In this document: positions 38,669 to 48,617 of the stretch, piece after piece | Layout: each line of letters opens with the position of its first letter | How positions within the stretch are numbered: the stretch's first letter is position 1 | Assembly: GCA_034422355.1 (NCBI GenBank) | Contig: DAOUJS010000146.1 | Coordinates: forward strand, 898 to 64,897 | From: Dehalococcoidia bacterium | Lineage (GTDB): Bacteria; Chloroflexota; Dehalococcoidia; Lucifugimonadales; UBA3495 | Reading direction: 5' to 3' | DNA: 64,000 nucleotides | Notes under the pieces: model-generated | What the model saw: the letters and a program-made list of their open reading frames with translations, nothing else | The model's database searches: none | Told to the model about the DNA's origin: nothing | Position numbers and translations under genes: made by a program

Positions 38669-39379
38669 CTAACCCTCGTCATCACTGCCGGTACGGACAC
38701 CGGCTTCCAGCACTCGCTCCAGCAGACCTCCCTCATCGACAGCGCCAGCGAAGCGGATGTGCTCGTTGATGACGGTGAGGGGAACAGAACGCACCCCGTA
38801 GGTCTGGCCCAGGCGCGGGAATTCCTGCACCTCGATAACGTCGGCGTGTATGTGAGAGTTCTCCAAGGCCATCGCATGGGCCATGTGGGACAGGCCCGGG
38901 CAGTAGGGGCAACTGGGCGTGACGAATACCTGGATGTGGACGTCCTGGTTGACCTGGCGCAGCTTCTTACGGGTGTCCATACTCAGGGGGCTGACGCCCC
39001 TGGAGATGGTCTTGATGCCCTCAATGATGGTGGCCATCTCATAGCCGACGGGAGCGCCGTAGAACTTGAGGCGGGCCTGTTTGTCCATGTTGGCGGAACT
39101 CAAAAGGACTGCGGGGATTCGGGCAACACCCCGTTCTTCCGCAATCGTCGGGTCGGCGTAAAAGTCGACGACCTCCAGGTTGATCTTGGGAGAGAGGTCT
39201 GCCACCTCCTCCATCAACTGCTGCGTCTCGGCGCAGTAACGGCACTCACGACCCGGTATGGTGATGACCGAAGGCTTCTGGGTGAAGACCTGCAAGTTGA
39301 CATTGTCCTTGAGGTCCTTGCGGAAGGTCCGCTTGAGTTGGGTCTTGTCCTGGTCCGATATCAGGTTCTGTTGGGTCAT
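38669..39379 (-). CDS. two-domain thioredoxin-fold protein disulfide oxidoreductase (CRYC and CPYC sites)
   Basis: Two Trx-like halves with CxxC motifs, similar to glutaredoxin-like PDO proteins. Confidence 0.7.
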   Translation of the reverse strand: MTQQNLISDQDKTQLKRTFRKDLKDNVNLQVFTQKPSVITIPGRECRYCAETQQLMEEVADLSPKINLEVVDFYADPTIAEERGVARIPAVLLSSANMDKQARLKFYGAPVGYEMATIIEGIKTISRGVSPLSMDTRKKLRQVNQDVHIQVFVTPSCPYCPGLSHMAHAMALENSHIHADVIEVQEFPRLGQTYGVRSVPLTVINEHIRFAGAVDEGGLLERVLEAGVRTGSDDEG

Positions 39380-39533
39380 TCAGCGGGCTCCGTCATTTAG
39401 TCAACGTGGAAATACACAAGCCCGGGAAATGCGCCGTCCGTCAGGCTCTCCAATCCCGCCTCCCGTACACAGTGGCAAACGGGAAACGCTGTTGAAGAGT
39501 AGGCTGCCATTAGTTTACACGGGAAGCGAGGCG

Positions 39534-40190
39534 TTATCCACCCTGATCAAGCTTGCCCCTGATGGTAAACATGCGCTGGAACAGGGTGAAGCAGGAAACG
39601 GCAGCTATGATGAGCAAGACCCAGAAAATCTGGCCGATAATCAGACCGATGCCGAGCAACACGACTCGCTCTGGCCGGGTCATCAGGCCGGACCGGATAA
39701 ATACGCCAAGGCCCTCGCCTCTGGCCCGGAGGTAGCTGACGCCCTGGGAAAAAATCAACGCCAGCAGCAGAACAGTGATGAATAAGACCAGTTCGCCCCC
39801 CTTGAATCCAGGCTGGAGAGCAATGAGCGAGACCAGTTCGCCGTTCTCAAATCCGGCCCGCATGGCATAGACTGCCAGACCCAGAAACAACGCCGCCTCA
39901 CCCAAGCGGTCGAAGACCGAGTCCAACAATGCCCCGAAGGGGGTCGCCTTGCCGGTGAGCCGGGCCAGTGCGCCGTCGAAGAGGTCAAGCCCCCCGCCCA
40001 GCAGGAATACGATGCCACCGGCCAGCATCAGATCAATCGCCACCAAGTACGCCGACACGACGCAGACCCCGAAACCCATAAGGGTGACCGCGTTGGGCGT
40101 CAGCTTCAGCGCATGGAGGAAGCGCGCGCCCGGCTGTTCGACGTAGCGGAGTACCGCACCTCTAAGCTGTTCGCGTCCTGGAATAACCAT
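39534..40190 (-). CDS. CDP-alcohol phosphatidyltransferase (phosphatidylinositol-phosphate-synthase-like)
   Basis: DLFDGALARLTGKATPFGALLDSVFDRLGE equals D-G-x2-A-R-x8-G-x3-D-x3-D. ATG at 40190 is preferred (GGAGGG upstream). The longer ORF overlaps the GT4 gene. Confidence 0.85.
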   Translation of the reverse strand: MVIPGREQLRGAVLRYVEQPGARFLHALKLTPNAVTLMGFGVCVVSAYLVAIDLMLAGGIVFLLGGGLDLFDGALARLTGKATPFGALLDSVFDRLGEAALFLGLAVYAMRAGFENGELVSLIALQPGFKGGELVLFITVLLLALIFSQGVSYLRARGEGLGVFIRSGLMTRPERVVLLGIGLIIGQIFWVLLIIAAVSCFTLFQRMFTIRGKLDQGG

Positions 40191-40212
40191 CTGAGAAGCT
40201 GACCCTCCGCGA

Positions 40213-41367
40213 TTACTCCGGCCTTCCACCACGCAGAGGACCCGCGTTCCCGGCGACGAGTCCCGAGCAGGCCAGGTAGAAGTCTTCAACTTGTCCGGCC
40301 ACACGTTCCCACCGGTATTGTTCCACATCTTCGCGGCCTCTGGCGCCCATATAACCTGCAAGCTCGGGGGAGTCGATCAACTGAACCAGGGACGCAGCGA
40401 GGGCTTCCGAGTCCTTGCGGGGGAATAACAGACCTTGCCGTCCGTGTTCGATGATGGCATTGTAGCCGTCTATGTTGGAGGCGATCACGGGTTTGCCGGA
40501 CGCCATCGCCTCGAGCAGCACATATCCAAAGCTCTCCGACCCGGTTGCCGGGGAGCAGCAGATGTCAGCGGTGGCGTAGTAACGCGGCAGGTCCTCGTCG
40601 GAGACCCGCCCTGCGAACACCACGTCCTGCAACGCCCGCGAACTGAGGATTTGCTGGGAGTCCCGGTCAGGGTTTCCCGGCCCGACCACCAGCAGGCGGG
40701 TTTCTGGCCTGTCCCACTTGACCCGGGCGTAGGCTTCGAGCAGGTGCTTCAACCCCTTGCGCCTCTCCAGGCGTCCGACGAACAGGATGTTGGTCTTGCC
40801 GTCCTGGTACTGGGGCCAGGGGGCCGGGTTTTCGGCGAAGCGGCCCACATCAATGCCGTTGGGGATGATCTTGTAATCGCCGGGAAAGACGCTGCTGACG
40901 TAGCGCCGCGCAGCGGGCGAAACGGCAATGCCGCCGTGCAGCCGCTGGTACCAACGCTTGATGATTGGGTGACTCATCCGGTAGAGGTGCTGGCGTTGGT
41001 AGGATGCGTGGAACGTACCGATGTTTACGGCCTGGGAGAACTCGAGGACGCAGAGGGGAAGGATGGGCGCCAAGGGCTCATGCAGGTGAACAATGTCGAA
41101 ATCCTCTTCGCGGAGCAATGCACGCACCTTGGGATAGAGCCACCAAGACAAAGACACCCTGGCAATTGAGCCGCCGCTGGGCAACGGGACCGACCGACCC
41201 AGATGCACGAAATTTTCCCCGTCTTCGCGTTCCCTGGAAGGGGAGTAGGGGGCCAGCACCCGCACGTCGTGACCCACCCGCGTCAACTCGCGGCTCAACT
41301 GTGTTACGTGAGCCGTCACCCCTCCCGGCCAGGTGAAGTCATAGGGTGACACCATTGCAATTTTCAA
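40213..41367 (-). CDS. GT4-family glycosyltransferase (PimA-like)
   Basis: MKIAMVSPYDF..PGGV..H, C-terminal E-x7-E region (GYVLLEAMASGKPVIAS). Confidence 0.88.
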   Translation of the reverse strand: MKIAMVSPYDFTWPGGVTAHVTQLSRELTRVGHDVRVLAPYSPSREREDGENFVHLGRSVPLPSGGSIARVSLSWWLYPKVRALLREEDFDIVHLHEPLAPILPLCVLEFSQAVNIGTFHASYQRQHLYRMSHPIIKRWYQRLHGGIAVSPAARRYVSSVFPGDYKIIPNGIDVGRFAENPAPWPQYQDGKTNILFVGRLERRKGLKHLLEAYARVKWDRPETRLLVVGPGNPDRDSQQILSSRALQDVVFAGRVSDEDLPRYYATADICCSPATGSESFGYVLLEAMASGKPVIASNIDGYNAIIEHGRQGLLFPRKDSEALAASLVQLIDSPELAGYMGARGREDVEQYRWERVAGQVEDFYLACSGLVAGNAGPLRGGRPE

Positions 41368-41451
41368 GCAGTGCTCCCTTCTCCTCCCTGCTTCCCCGCC
41401 CGCTATTGAAAGGGGCCGGCTTCCAGGGCAGGAGAGGATGCTTGGGCTGCC

Positions 41452-42555
41452 CTAATCTGCGTCGGTGGTCTCCATGTCAGCGACCTCTACGTCAGTGATA
41501 AACGACTCGACCATTTCCCGGGCAACGTCGTCGGTGTACTGTTGGGGCGGAGACTTCATAAAGTATGCGCTGGGCCCGGGAAGCGCTCCGCTGATGCCCC
41601 GGTCCAGGGCCAGCTTGGCGCATCGCACCGCATCAACTACCACACCGGCCGAGTTAGGGCTGTCCCAGACTTCCAGCTTGGCCTCCAGGTTGATCGGAGC
41701 GCCGCCGAAAGAGCGTCCTTCGAGACGTATGTAGCACCACTTCCGGTCCTGCAGCCAGGGCACATGGTCGCTGGGGCCTATGTGGATATGGTCAGGGTCT
41801 ATGCCGTCTTCCATTTGGGACGTGACTGACCCGGTCTTGGATATCTTCTTGGAGACCAAACGCTCCCGTTCCAACATGTTCAGGAAGTCGGTGTTGCCCC
41901 CGAAATTCAACTGATAAGTGTTCAGAATCTCAACGCCCCGGTCCTCGAAGAGCCGGGTAAGCACCCGGTGGGTGATGGTCGCACCCACCTGTGATTTGAT
42001 GTCGTCGCCAACGATGGGAACTCCACATTCCTCAAAGCGGCCCCGCCAGTACTCTTCGCGGGCGAGGAAGACCGGAATGCAGTTCACCATCGCGCAGCGT
42101 GCATTGAGGATTTGCTCCACGTACCACTTGGTGGCCATTTCACTGCCCACGGGCAGATAGTTGATGACCACATCAACGTCCCGCTCCCGGAGGATGCCTT
42201 CGATGTTCGCAGTTGAGTGGTCGGACTTCTTGACCAGATGGGAGACGTAACGGCCTATGCCATCATGGGTCATCCCGCGTTCCACCGGCACTCCCATGTA
42301 GGGAACATCGGCGAACTTCAGGGTGTTATTGGGCTGGGTGAAGATGGCTTCAGAAACGTCCTTGCCGACCTTGTTCTCGTCGATATCGAAGGCGGCAACC
42401 ACCTCTATGTCGTCGATACGGTAACCGCCAAGGTTGGCGTGCATGATTCCTGAGACGTCTTCATCGTCCGGCAACTCGACGTAATTATGGATACCCTGAA
42501 CCAACGAGGAAGCACAGTTCCCCACTCCGATAATGGCGACTTTAATTTTCCCCAA
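41452..42555 (-). CDS. ino1: myo-inositol-1-phosphate (inositol-3-phosphate) synthase
   Basis: [17 protein letters not shown]..., 367 aa bacterial/archaeal MIPS pattern. TTG start with a GGAGG SD. Confidence 0.9.
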   Translation of the reverse strand: MGKIKVAIIGVGNCASSLVQGIHNYVELPDDEDVSGIMHANLGGYRIDDIEVVAAFDIDENKVGKDVSEAIFTQPNNTLKFADVPYMGVPVERGMTHDGIGRYVSHLVKKSDHSTANIEGILRERDVDVVINYLPVGSEMATKWYVEQILNARCAMVNCIPVFLAREEYWRGRFEECGVPIVGDDIKSQVGATITHRVLTRLFEDRGVEILNTYQLNFGGNTDFLNMLERERLVSKKISKTGSVTSQMEDGIDPDHIHIGPSDHVPWLQDRKWCYIRLEGRSFGGAPINLEAKLEVWDSPNSAGVVVDAVRCAKLALDRGISGALPGPSAYFMKSPPQQYTDDVAREMVESFITDVEVADMETTDAD

Positions 42556-42613
42556 TGCTTAAATTCCTCCGTTGGGCCGGGTCACGCACACTGGCGTGGT
42601 TATGGGCCGACAA

Positions 42614-42642
42614 ATTGTAGCAAGTTGCGAAAACCGCTACAA
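42614..42642 (-). promoter_or_regulatory. promoter TTGTAG-17-TACAAT for the ino1 operon
   Basis: rc of 42637-42642 is TTGTAG and rc of 42614-42619 is TACAAT. Confidence 0.5.
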
Positions 42643-42697
42643 GTGTCCGATTTTCGGATACGGACCGAAGCGTGGGCTATCGGGGCATCGACAGTTG

Positions 42698-43378
42698 CTA
42701 TGAGTCGAAGAAACGGAAGATCGCGGTGCGGTCGTCGTGGCGGGAGCGGCGGCCCAACTGTTCGGGGACCTGCCCCTCGCCGATGCGTTCTTCTACCAGG
42801 CTGTTCACCTGCTCCGCGGCCTCTTCCGGGGTCGCCGCCGCCCGTACAATGTCGGCCAACTCGGAAACCATAACATTGTCTGTAACGCCGTCGGTTGCCA
42901 GCACTAGGCGGCTACCCGGCTGAATCTCGACTTCGGTGCGGACCAGGGTGGGCGGACGCTGCGCGGCACCGATTGCCTTGGCGACTCCCACATGGAGAAA
43001 CCCGCCAACTCTGCCGGTGAGTTGCTCTACCGAGTCGGATCCGACGAGGAAAATCGGGCTATCTCCCGCCCCCATAACGTGCAACCGGCCGTCCAGGTAG
43101 AGTGCGCCGGAGAAAGTGGTGAGCAGGAATCGTCCTCCGCCCACCTGGTAAAACTCTTCGTTTAGATCGTTGAGAACGTTGATCACGTCTTCCGGCCCGG
43201 TCAACAGCCCGGACTCCAGGGCCTCGACTACGGACTGGCTCGCTTCCTCGCCACCGTGTCCGGTGACCCCGTCCATTACTGCGTCCAGGAACGAGTTGTT
43301 ACCCAGGTCACGGACCAGGTAGCTATCTTCTCCGTGGGCTGAGTTATCCTGAAATGATGCTACAGTGCTTCCGAGCAT
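42698..43378 (-). CDS. PP2C-family Ser/Thr phosphatase
   Basis: GEDSY..., AVMDGVTGHGG, LVLATDGVTDN. Confidence 0.75.
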   Translation of the reverse strand: MLGSTVASFQDNSAHGEDSYLVRDLGNNSFLDAVMDGVTGHGGEEASQSVVEALESGLLTGPEDVINVLNDLNEEFYQVGGGRFLLTTFSGALYLDGRLHVMGAGDSPIFLVGSDSVEQLTGRVGGFLHVGVAKAIGAAQRPPTLVRTEVEIQPGSRLVLATDGVTDNVMVSELADIVRAAATPEEAAEQVNSLVEERIGEGQVPEQLGRRSRHDDRTAIFRFFDS

Positions 43379-43480
43379 ATGCGTTGGTCCTCACAGTTGC
43401 CCGTTTCTTTATGAGCCGCAAGTTTGATTTGCCATTGGATAGGAATACCGCTGGATAAGAACACCGGCCGGCAACGCGGC

Positions 43481-44503
43481 TCATTGGCTCAAGCCCGCCA
43501 ACTCGGTATCGGCATCGAACAGATAACGTGTCCAGTGGTCGCCGCGCAGGAGGTCCAAAGCCTCGGACCATGCCCGGCGGGCCTGGTCGAAGTTTGGGAG
43601 CTCCCGGTTCCGGGCAGCCACCGCATCCAGATAGGCGTTCAGGTCGTCGCGGAAACCGTCAAGGCCGGAATAGCTGCGCTCCTTCAGCCGGTCAATCATG
43701 CGGTCTGCCGCACCCTGGACCGCGGAATCAGTGTTGTTATAGCTCAACGACATCTCTTCCAGTTCCTGCATATAGTTGACCACCGGGCGCTGGCCGTAGG
43801 GTTCCCGGTAGCCATCAGCTTGATCGGGCGGTCCCTGGGGCGTCGTGTAAAACTTCAGTATCTCCAGGTAGGAGTCGAACGCGGTGCGGGGAGGGCCTCC
43901 CCTGATGTTGGCCTCTCCCTCCACAGGGACCAGGTCGGCGCAATCAATGATGGTCAGTTGGCCGGCGCCGGGCTGGTAGAACAGGTTCTGGGGACGCATG
44001 TCCAAGAGCACGTAACCGGCTTCCAGGAAGGATTCCTGGACCTCCAGCAATTGGCGGTGGACAGGGAAGGGATCGCCCTGGTCTACCGGGACCAGCGGGT
44101 GGAGGGTAAAGAGGTTCTGCCCGATGCCTGTGGGAACGCGCTGAATTCTTGCCCGCATGTCCCCCACCATCAACGGGATGCCCCTGGCGCGTTCCTCAAC
44201 GATTACCCGGTACTCATTGCCCTGGGAATCTCCGTAGAACTCATCGTGGTTGGCCCGCTCCGAATACCCAATCAGGGAAGCAATGCCGGGAGTGTTGGCC
44301 GGGAGGCGCTCCAAGGCTTCCAGCATCCGGTCGGTGCGGGCCTCGGTGCTGCCGTGCATCCCGCGGCTGATCATCTGGGGTACGGGCCGTTTCAGCACCA
44401 CCGGCGCGCCGCTCTCCTGGTCGATGGCGGAGCGCACTTCATAGTCAGCGCCCGACCCTAGCAGGCCGGTTATCTGAAATCGGTTGAGGTCCACTAACTG
44501 CAT
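43481..44503 (-). CDS. atypical protein-kinase-fold protein
   Basis: G-loop GSGADYEV, VVLKRP (VAIK-like Lys), LLDMRPQNLF (D-x-K/R-P-x-N), IIDCAD in place of DFG. I do not recognise the C-terminal ~140 aa. Confidence 0.65.
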   Translation of the reverse strand: MQLVDLNRFQITGLLGSGADYEVRSAIDQESGAPVVLKRPVPQMISRGMHGSTEARTDRMLEALERLPANTPGIASLIGYSERANHDEFYGDSQGNEYRVIVEERARGIPLMVGDMRARIQRVPTGIGQNLFTLHPLVPVDQGDPFPVHRQLLEVQESFLEAGYVLLDMRPQNLFYQPGAGQLTIIDCADLVPVEGEANIRGGPPRTAFDSYLEILKFYTTPQGPPDQADGYREPYGQRPVVNYMQELEEMSLSYNNTDSAVQGAADRMIDRLKERSYSGLDGFRDDLNAYLDAVAARNRELPNFDQARRAWSEALDLLRGDHWTRYLFDADTELAGLSQ

Positions 44504-44570
44504 ACTTGCGACGCGTACCGATAGCCACAAGGATGGTACATTTTCGACCTGGATAATGCAACCGATTGGA

Positions 44571-44636
44571 GACGGGTCCTATCCACGGCTCCAAGGCCGG
44601 CTCGCATGTTCGCATGTGTGGGGCCGTATCCGCCGG
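44571..44636 (+). repeat. dispersed ~57-nt repeat, copy I (5' module conserved, 3' half diverged)
   Basis: GACGGGTCCTATCCACGGCTCCAAGGCCGGCTCGCATGTTCGCATGTGTGGGGCCG... The first ~32 nt nearly match copy A. Contains a TCGCATGT tandem duplication. Confidence 0.75.
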
Positions 44637-44639
44637 TCA

Positions 44640-46067
44640 TTATGTATCCCGCCGCTCCGGGTCCTGTTCACTTCGCTCCTGCTCTTCTACAAACTGGCTC
44701 AATTCCGTCCAATCCGACCGCAGCCTGTCCAGTTCCTCGTCTGACACCTGGGACGCGCCGTAGTAGGCAACCTGGAAATCATCCACGATGCGCCCCACCG
44801 GAGCGACGGGTAAAGCGCCGTCCAGAGTTCCCTCGTGTTCCTTCGGAGTCTGCCAGTCCGCCCGGTTGCGTCCACGTCGCGCCGCCAGGGTCAGCATCGC
44901 GTGGTAGAACTCGCGCGGGTCCCTCGGAACAGGAGGACGCGGCAGCCTGCGGCGGCCCAGGGACATCACGTTGCCCAGAAGGCTGTTCGCCAGTGCGGAG
45001 AGGTCGTCATTTACCCGGCTCCAACTGAACACCGACTCGCGGGTCTCTTCCACCTGGCCAGGGGACCTCAGGAAACGCCGGAATCTGTAGATCTTGTAAA
45101 GCAGCCAACCGGCCAGGGAAGCCCCGATCAGGAATCCCAGGAGCTTCAGAGCAGCGACCAGCAGTGGAGGCAACCCATTGTCGCCGACTCCTTCCCGCAT
45201 CGTCTCGTGAAACTGGCGTATCTGTTCCTGCGCCCTGGCCAGACCGCTCAGGTCTCCGCCGCCGAACCGCTCGGAGACCCAGGTGCCCAGGGCAACCAGC
45301 AGCCCGGCGATGTAACCCAACGCCAGCAGGACCGGTTTCAAGACCCAGAAGCCTATGGCGCCTATCAGCTTCAACAGCCAGCGGGTGACGTCATCCAACC
45401 CTCCCAAGCCCGCCGCGCTCAGCACAAGGCCGGCCAGGAGCACCAGCCCGACACACACGGTGATGGGAATCCACCAGTTCATCCCCATCACCTGGCCCTC
45501 CCCGGCCTCTGACGAGAACCTGGCCAGCGACAGGCCCACCAACCCAACCCCAAAGAATCCAACGATCAGGAAACCATTGATCAAATCGGCGGAACTCATG
45601 CTGTGTAGGACCACCGCAAAGAACAAGACCACCAGCCCCCATTGGAACGAAGTGCGCACGGCATCCAGGGATACTTCGTCATGGGCAAGTGAACTGCTCC
45701 TCCACCAAAGCAGTACCAGAAATGCGAATGCCAGCACTTGCCGCAAGGCAACCCCGATTCCTCCATCCATGAACGCGCCAATAGGGATGATGCCGTTCCC
45801 TGTAGCCATGTGGGACAGGATGAGCACAGACGCCAGGCTGGCCGCCAACCCGATTGTCCCTCTAAGGTTGGCGGTGAACCGGGTCGTCTGCACGTACAGA
45901 GACAGGAGGTAGGCCCACAATACCCCCAGCCACACGACCCAGAAGGGCAGCACGGGCAAGCGTTGCTGCACCGCAACACCGACAATGTTGAATATCAGAT
46001 AGAAGCCGCAGGCTTCCAGGAACATCACCACGCCAGTGACCAGGCTAGTGCGAAGAAGCGGACTCAT
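44640..46067 (-). CDS. polytopic membrane protein with C-terminal DUF4129-like domain
   Basis: About 9 TM segments. C-terminus DPREFYHAMLTLAARRGRNRADWQTPKEH...FQVAYYG fits the DUF4129 pattern. Overlaps the DUF58 gene. Confidence 0.7.
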   Translation of the reverse strand: MSPLLRTSLVTGVVMFLEACGFYLIFNIVGVAVQQRLPVLPFWVVWLGVLWAYLLSLYVQTTRFTANLRGTIGLAASLASVLILSHMATGNGIIPIGAFMDGGIGVALRQVLAFAFLVLLWWRSSSLAHDEVSLDAVRTSFQWGLVVLFFAVVLHSMSSADLINGFLIVGFFGVGLVGLSLARFSSEAGEGQVMGMNWWIPITVCVGLVLLAGLVLSAAGLGGLDDVTRWLLKLIGAIGFWVLKPVLLALGYIAGLLVALGTWVSERFGGGDLSGLARAQEQIRQFHETMREGVGDNGLPPLLVAALKLLGFLIGASLAGWLLYKIYRFRRFLRSPGQVEETRESVFSWSRVNDDLSALANSLLGNVMSLGRRRLPRPPVPRDPREFYHAMLTLAARRGRNRADWQTPKEHEGTLDGALPVAPVGRIVDDFQVAYYGASQVSDEELDRLRSDWTELSQFVEEQERSEQDPERRDT

Positions 46068-47268
46068 GCCCGTCCAATGCCTCCAGGGACCTCCCTACCC
46101 GGTATATGCGCAGTCCGGGCGGTTGAATCTGGGGTGCGCCATCACCAGCGAACAGCACCTCAACCCGGTGCCCTTCGCCCTTTATCTGCTCTATTTCCTC
46201 AACGAGAGTCTGCGTCATCACGGCCGTTACAAGCATCACCGTCGCCCCCGGTGGGAGGGACGCCCGCTCCTCGCGGAGCACTTCCGCCAGAGGCGTCACA
46301 ACATAGGGACCGGCCATTGCCAGGGCTTCCAGGACCAGGCTGAGTTGAGAAGGGGAAGCGCCCATCGGAACCGTCAACCACTTGCCCGAGTAGCTGGCAA
46401 CGGCATTGCTCGCCAGTCCGAAGGTATGCCCCTGCGTCCTTGCATGGTGAGCCACTGACGCGGCGGCGGTGACGGCGCGCTCAAAGTAGCGTCGGTTGCT
46501 GCCCTGCCAGGCATGTTCGCTGGTGGTGGCGTTAAGGGCGATAAGCACGTTCAAGGAGACCACCGGCTCAAACACCTTGGTCTGAAGGCGGAGCCTCCGC
46601 GCCGTCGCTTTCCAGTCGATGTGTTTCATCGGGTCGGTGGACATGTAGTCCCTCTGCCTCAGAAACCGGGTTGTGTCCTGCAAAATCGGCCTCGGCCCTT
46701 TGGCCTGTCCCAAGGGGTGCTCCTCCGGAAATACGAGGCGCCCCAGGTCCACGATCCTGGGGTAGACCAGCAGATAGTCGACCCGTGACATGTTGGCTTC
46801 AGATGCGCTGAAACCGAATATGTCGCCGCTGCGGAGCCGCACCGGCCCTATCCGGTGGTAACCCCTGGAAGTGCAACGAAGGGAGTATTTCCAGGAAGCT
46901 CTCTGGTAGGGCAGCAACGATGTGGTGATCGTATGCTGCTTGGTCACGTCGGTATTGCTGCCTCGGAGGATGGCCCCCGGCAGCTCTAGCCCTTGTGGAA
47001 AGGTGTCCTGAATGTCCACCCAGATCAGGGGCAGCAACTTCTCGTTTGAGAGGGTAACGGTATATTCGATGGAGTCCCCGATGAAGGCCCGCCCCTGGGA
47101 AAGTTCCCGCCGGTGGTCAACGCGCCGAAAGGCGAAGCGGTCCCACACCCGCGCCGCCAATGAGACGATGACAGCCAGCGAACCTACCACCAGCAGAAGG
47201 CCCTGGCTGGCCACGAGACCGAAAAACACCAACAGCCCGCTCGCTGTTAGCCAGAGTTCATTGCGCAT
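46045..47268 (-). CDS. DUF58-domain protein
   Basis: Two N-terminal TM helices. GDIFG..., RDYMSTDPMKHIDWKATAR (the DUF58 signature). Confidence 0.85.
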   Translation of the reverse strand: MRNELWLTASGLLVFFGLVASQGLLLVVGSLAVIVSLAARVWDRFAFRRVDHRRELSQGRAFIGDSIEYTVTLSNEKLLPLIWVDIQDTFPQGLELPGAILRGSNTDVTKQHTITTSLLPYQRASWKYSLRCTSRGYHRIGPVRLRSGDIFGFSASEANMSRVDYLLVYPRIVDLGRLVFPEEHPLGQAKGPRPILQDTTRFLRQRDYMSTDPMKHIDWKATARRLRLQTKVFEPVVSLNVLIALNATTSEHAWQGSNRRYFERAVTAAASVAHHARTQGHTFGLASNAVASYSGKWLTVPMGASPSQLSLVLEALAMAGPYVVTPLAEVLREERASLPPGATVMLVTAVMTQTLVEEIEQIKGEGHRVEVLFAGDGAPQIQPPGLRIYRVGRSLEALDGHESASSH

Positions 47269-47483
47269 ACGGCTCCTCTGAGAAGTGGTTCCTCCGCGCA
47301 GAGGACCCGCCTTTCCAGCCAGGAACTTCGCCCCATGCCGCCGTGCTGGCCGGGAAAACTCCGGATCCGGGGCTTGAGTAGGATGCTTCCCCCGGTGTGT
47401 TCAGTGTTTGTGGGTGGCAATAGTTAGCATCCAATATCGAGCACCCGGGTAGTCGCCCCCTGACCATCGACTGTATGCCGCTG

Positions 47484-48452
47484 CTACACCGGAACCTGTA
47501 CCTGCTCCAGGATTTCATCAATGACCCGTTCCGGGGTCATTTCGCGGAGCCGGGCTTGGGATTTCAGGATAAGACGGTGGCAAAGGGTATACGGAGCCAG
47601 AACCTTGATATCGTCGGGGGTCACGTAGCTCCGGCCCTGGACCGCGGCCATTGCCTGACTGCACCGGAATAGCCCCATCGTAGCCCGGGGACTGGCCCCC
47701 AGCTCCACATCGGCGTGGCAACGGGTGGCCTGCACCAACCGCACGACGTATTTGCGCAGGACCGGTTCCAGGTGCACGTGACGAATCGCCTCCTGGTATG
47801 CTACCAGATCGGCGCCCTCTGCCACAGCCTTGATCTCCGACAGAGGGTCCGCCGTCTGGAACCGGGACAGCATAGCCTCTTCTTCAGATTCCATTGGGTA
47901 GCCCAGCCGCAGACGCAGCAGGAACCGGTCTAGCTGCGCTTCCGGGAGAGGGAAAGTGCCCTCAAGCTCGATGGGGTTCTGGGTAGCGATGACCATGAAG
48001 GGGTTTGGCAGGGCTATGGTAACGTCGTCCACCGTCAACTGCCGCTCGGCCATTGCCTCCAGCAGCGCCGACTGGGTGCGGGGAGTGGCGCGGTTAATCT
48101 CGTCAGCCAGAACGACCTGTGCGATTACCGGACCGGCGCGGAACTCGAATTCCCCCTCTTTCTGGTTGAAGTAGTGGATGCCGGTAATATCGGAAGGCAT
48201 CAGGTCCGGGGTGAACTGGATCCGCTTGAAGGTACAGTCGAGGGAACTGGCGAGGCTGCGGGCCAAGGTGGTCTTGCCTATGCCAGGTACATCTTCCACC
48301 AGGATGTGGCCCCCGCTGAGCACTGCGGCCAGCGTCAACTCGATAACCCCGCCCTTGCCGACCAAGACCGTCTCGATGTTGGCCTTGATCCTGGCGGCCA
48401 GTCCCGCGACCGCGCCGGTCAGGGAGGAAATTGAAGCCTCTTGCTGTGCCAT
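47484..48452 (-). CDS. MoxR-family AAA+ ATPase
   Basis: GHILVEDVPGIGKTTLA, VVLADEINRATPRTQSALLEAM. Confidence 0.92.
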   Translation of the reverse strand: MAQQEASISSLTGAVAGLAARIKANIETVLVGKGGVIELTLAAVLSGGHILVEDVPGIGKTTLARSLASSLDCTFKRIQFTPDLMPSDITGIHYFNQKEGEFEFRAGPVIAQVVLADEINRATPRTQSALLEAMAERQLTVDDVTIALPNPFMVIATQNPIELEGTFPLPEAQLDRFLLRLRLGYPMESEEEAMLSRFQTADPLSEIKAVAEGADLVAYQEAIRHVHLEPVLRKYVVRLVQATRCHADVELGASPRATMGLFRCSQAMAAVQGRSYVTPDDIKVLAPYTLCHRLILKSQARLREMTPERVIDEILEQVQVPV

Positions 48453-48617
48453 GACCGTTCGGAGCGCTTGGCGCAGTCGAAGGGCGTTCCACCAAGAACG
48501 TCGCCCCACACCGCGATGCCAGCCGGGGAGCGTCGGTAGGAACCGTCCCCCGCGAGGGGAAGGTCAGCCGCCGCCACTGGCCGGTCCAGTGGGCCGTATG
48601 GAGCCGACTTTCTCGCG

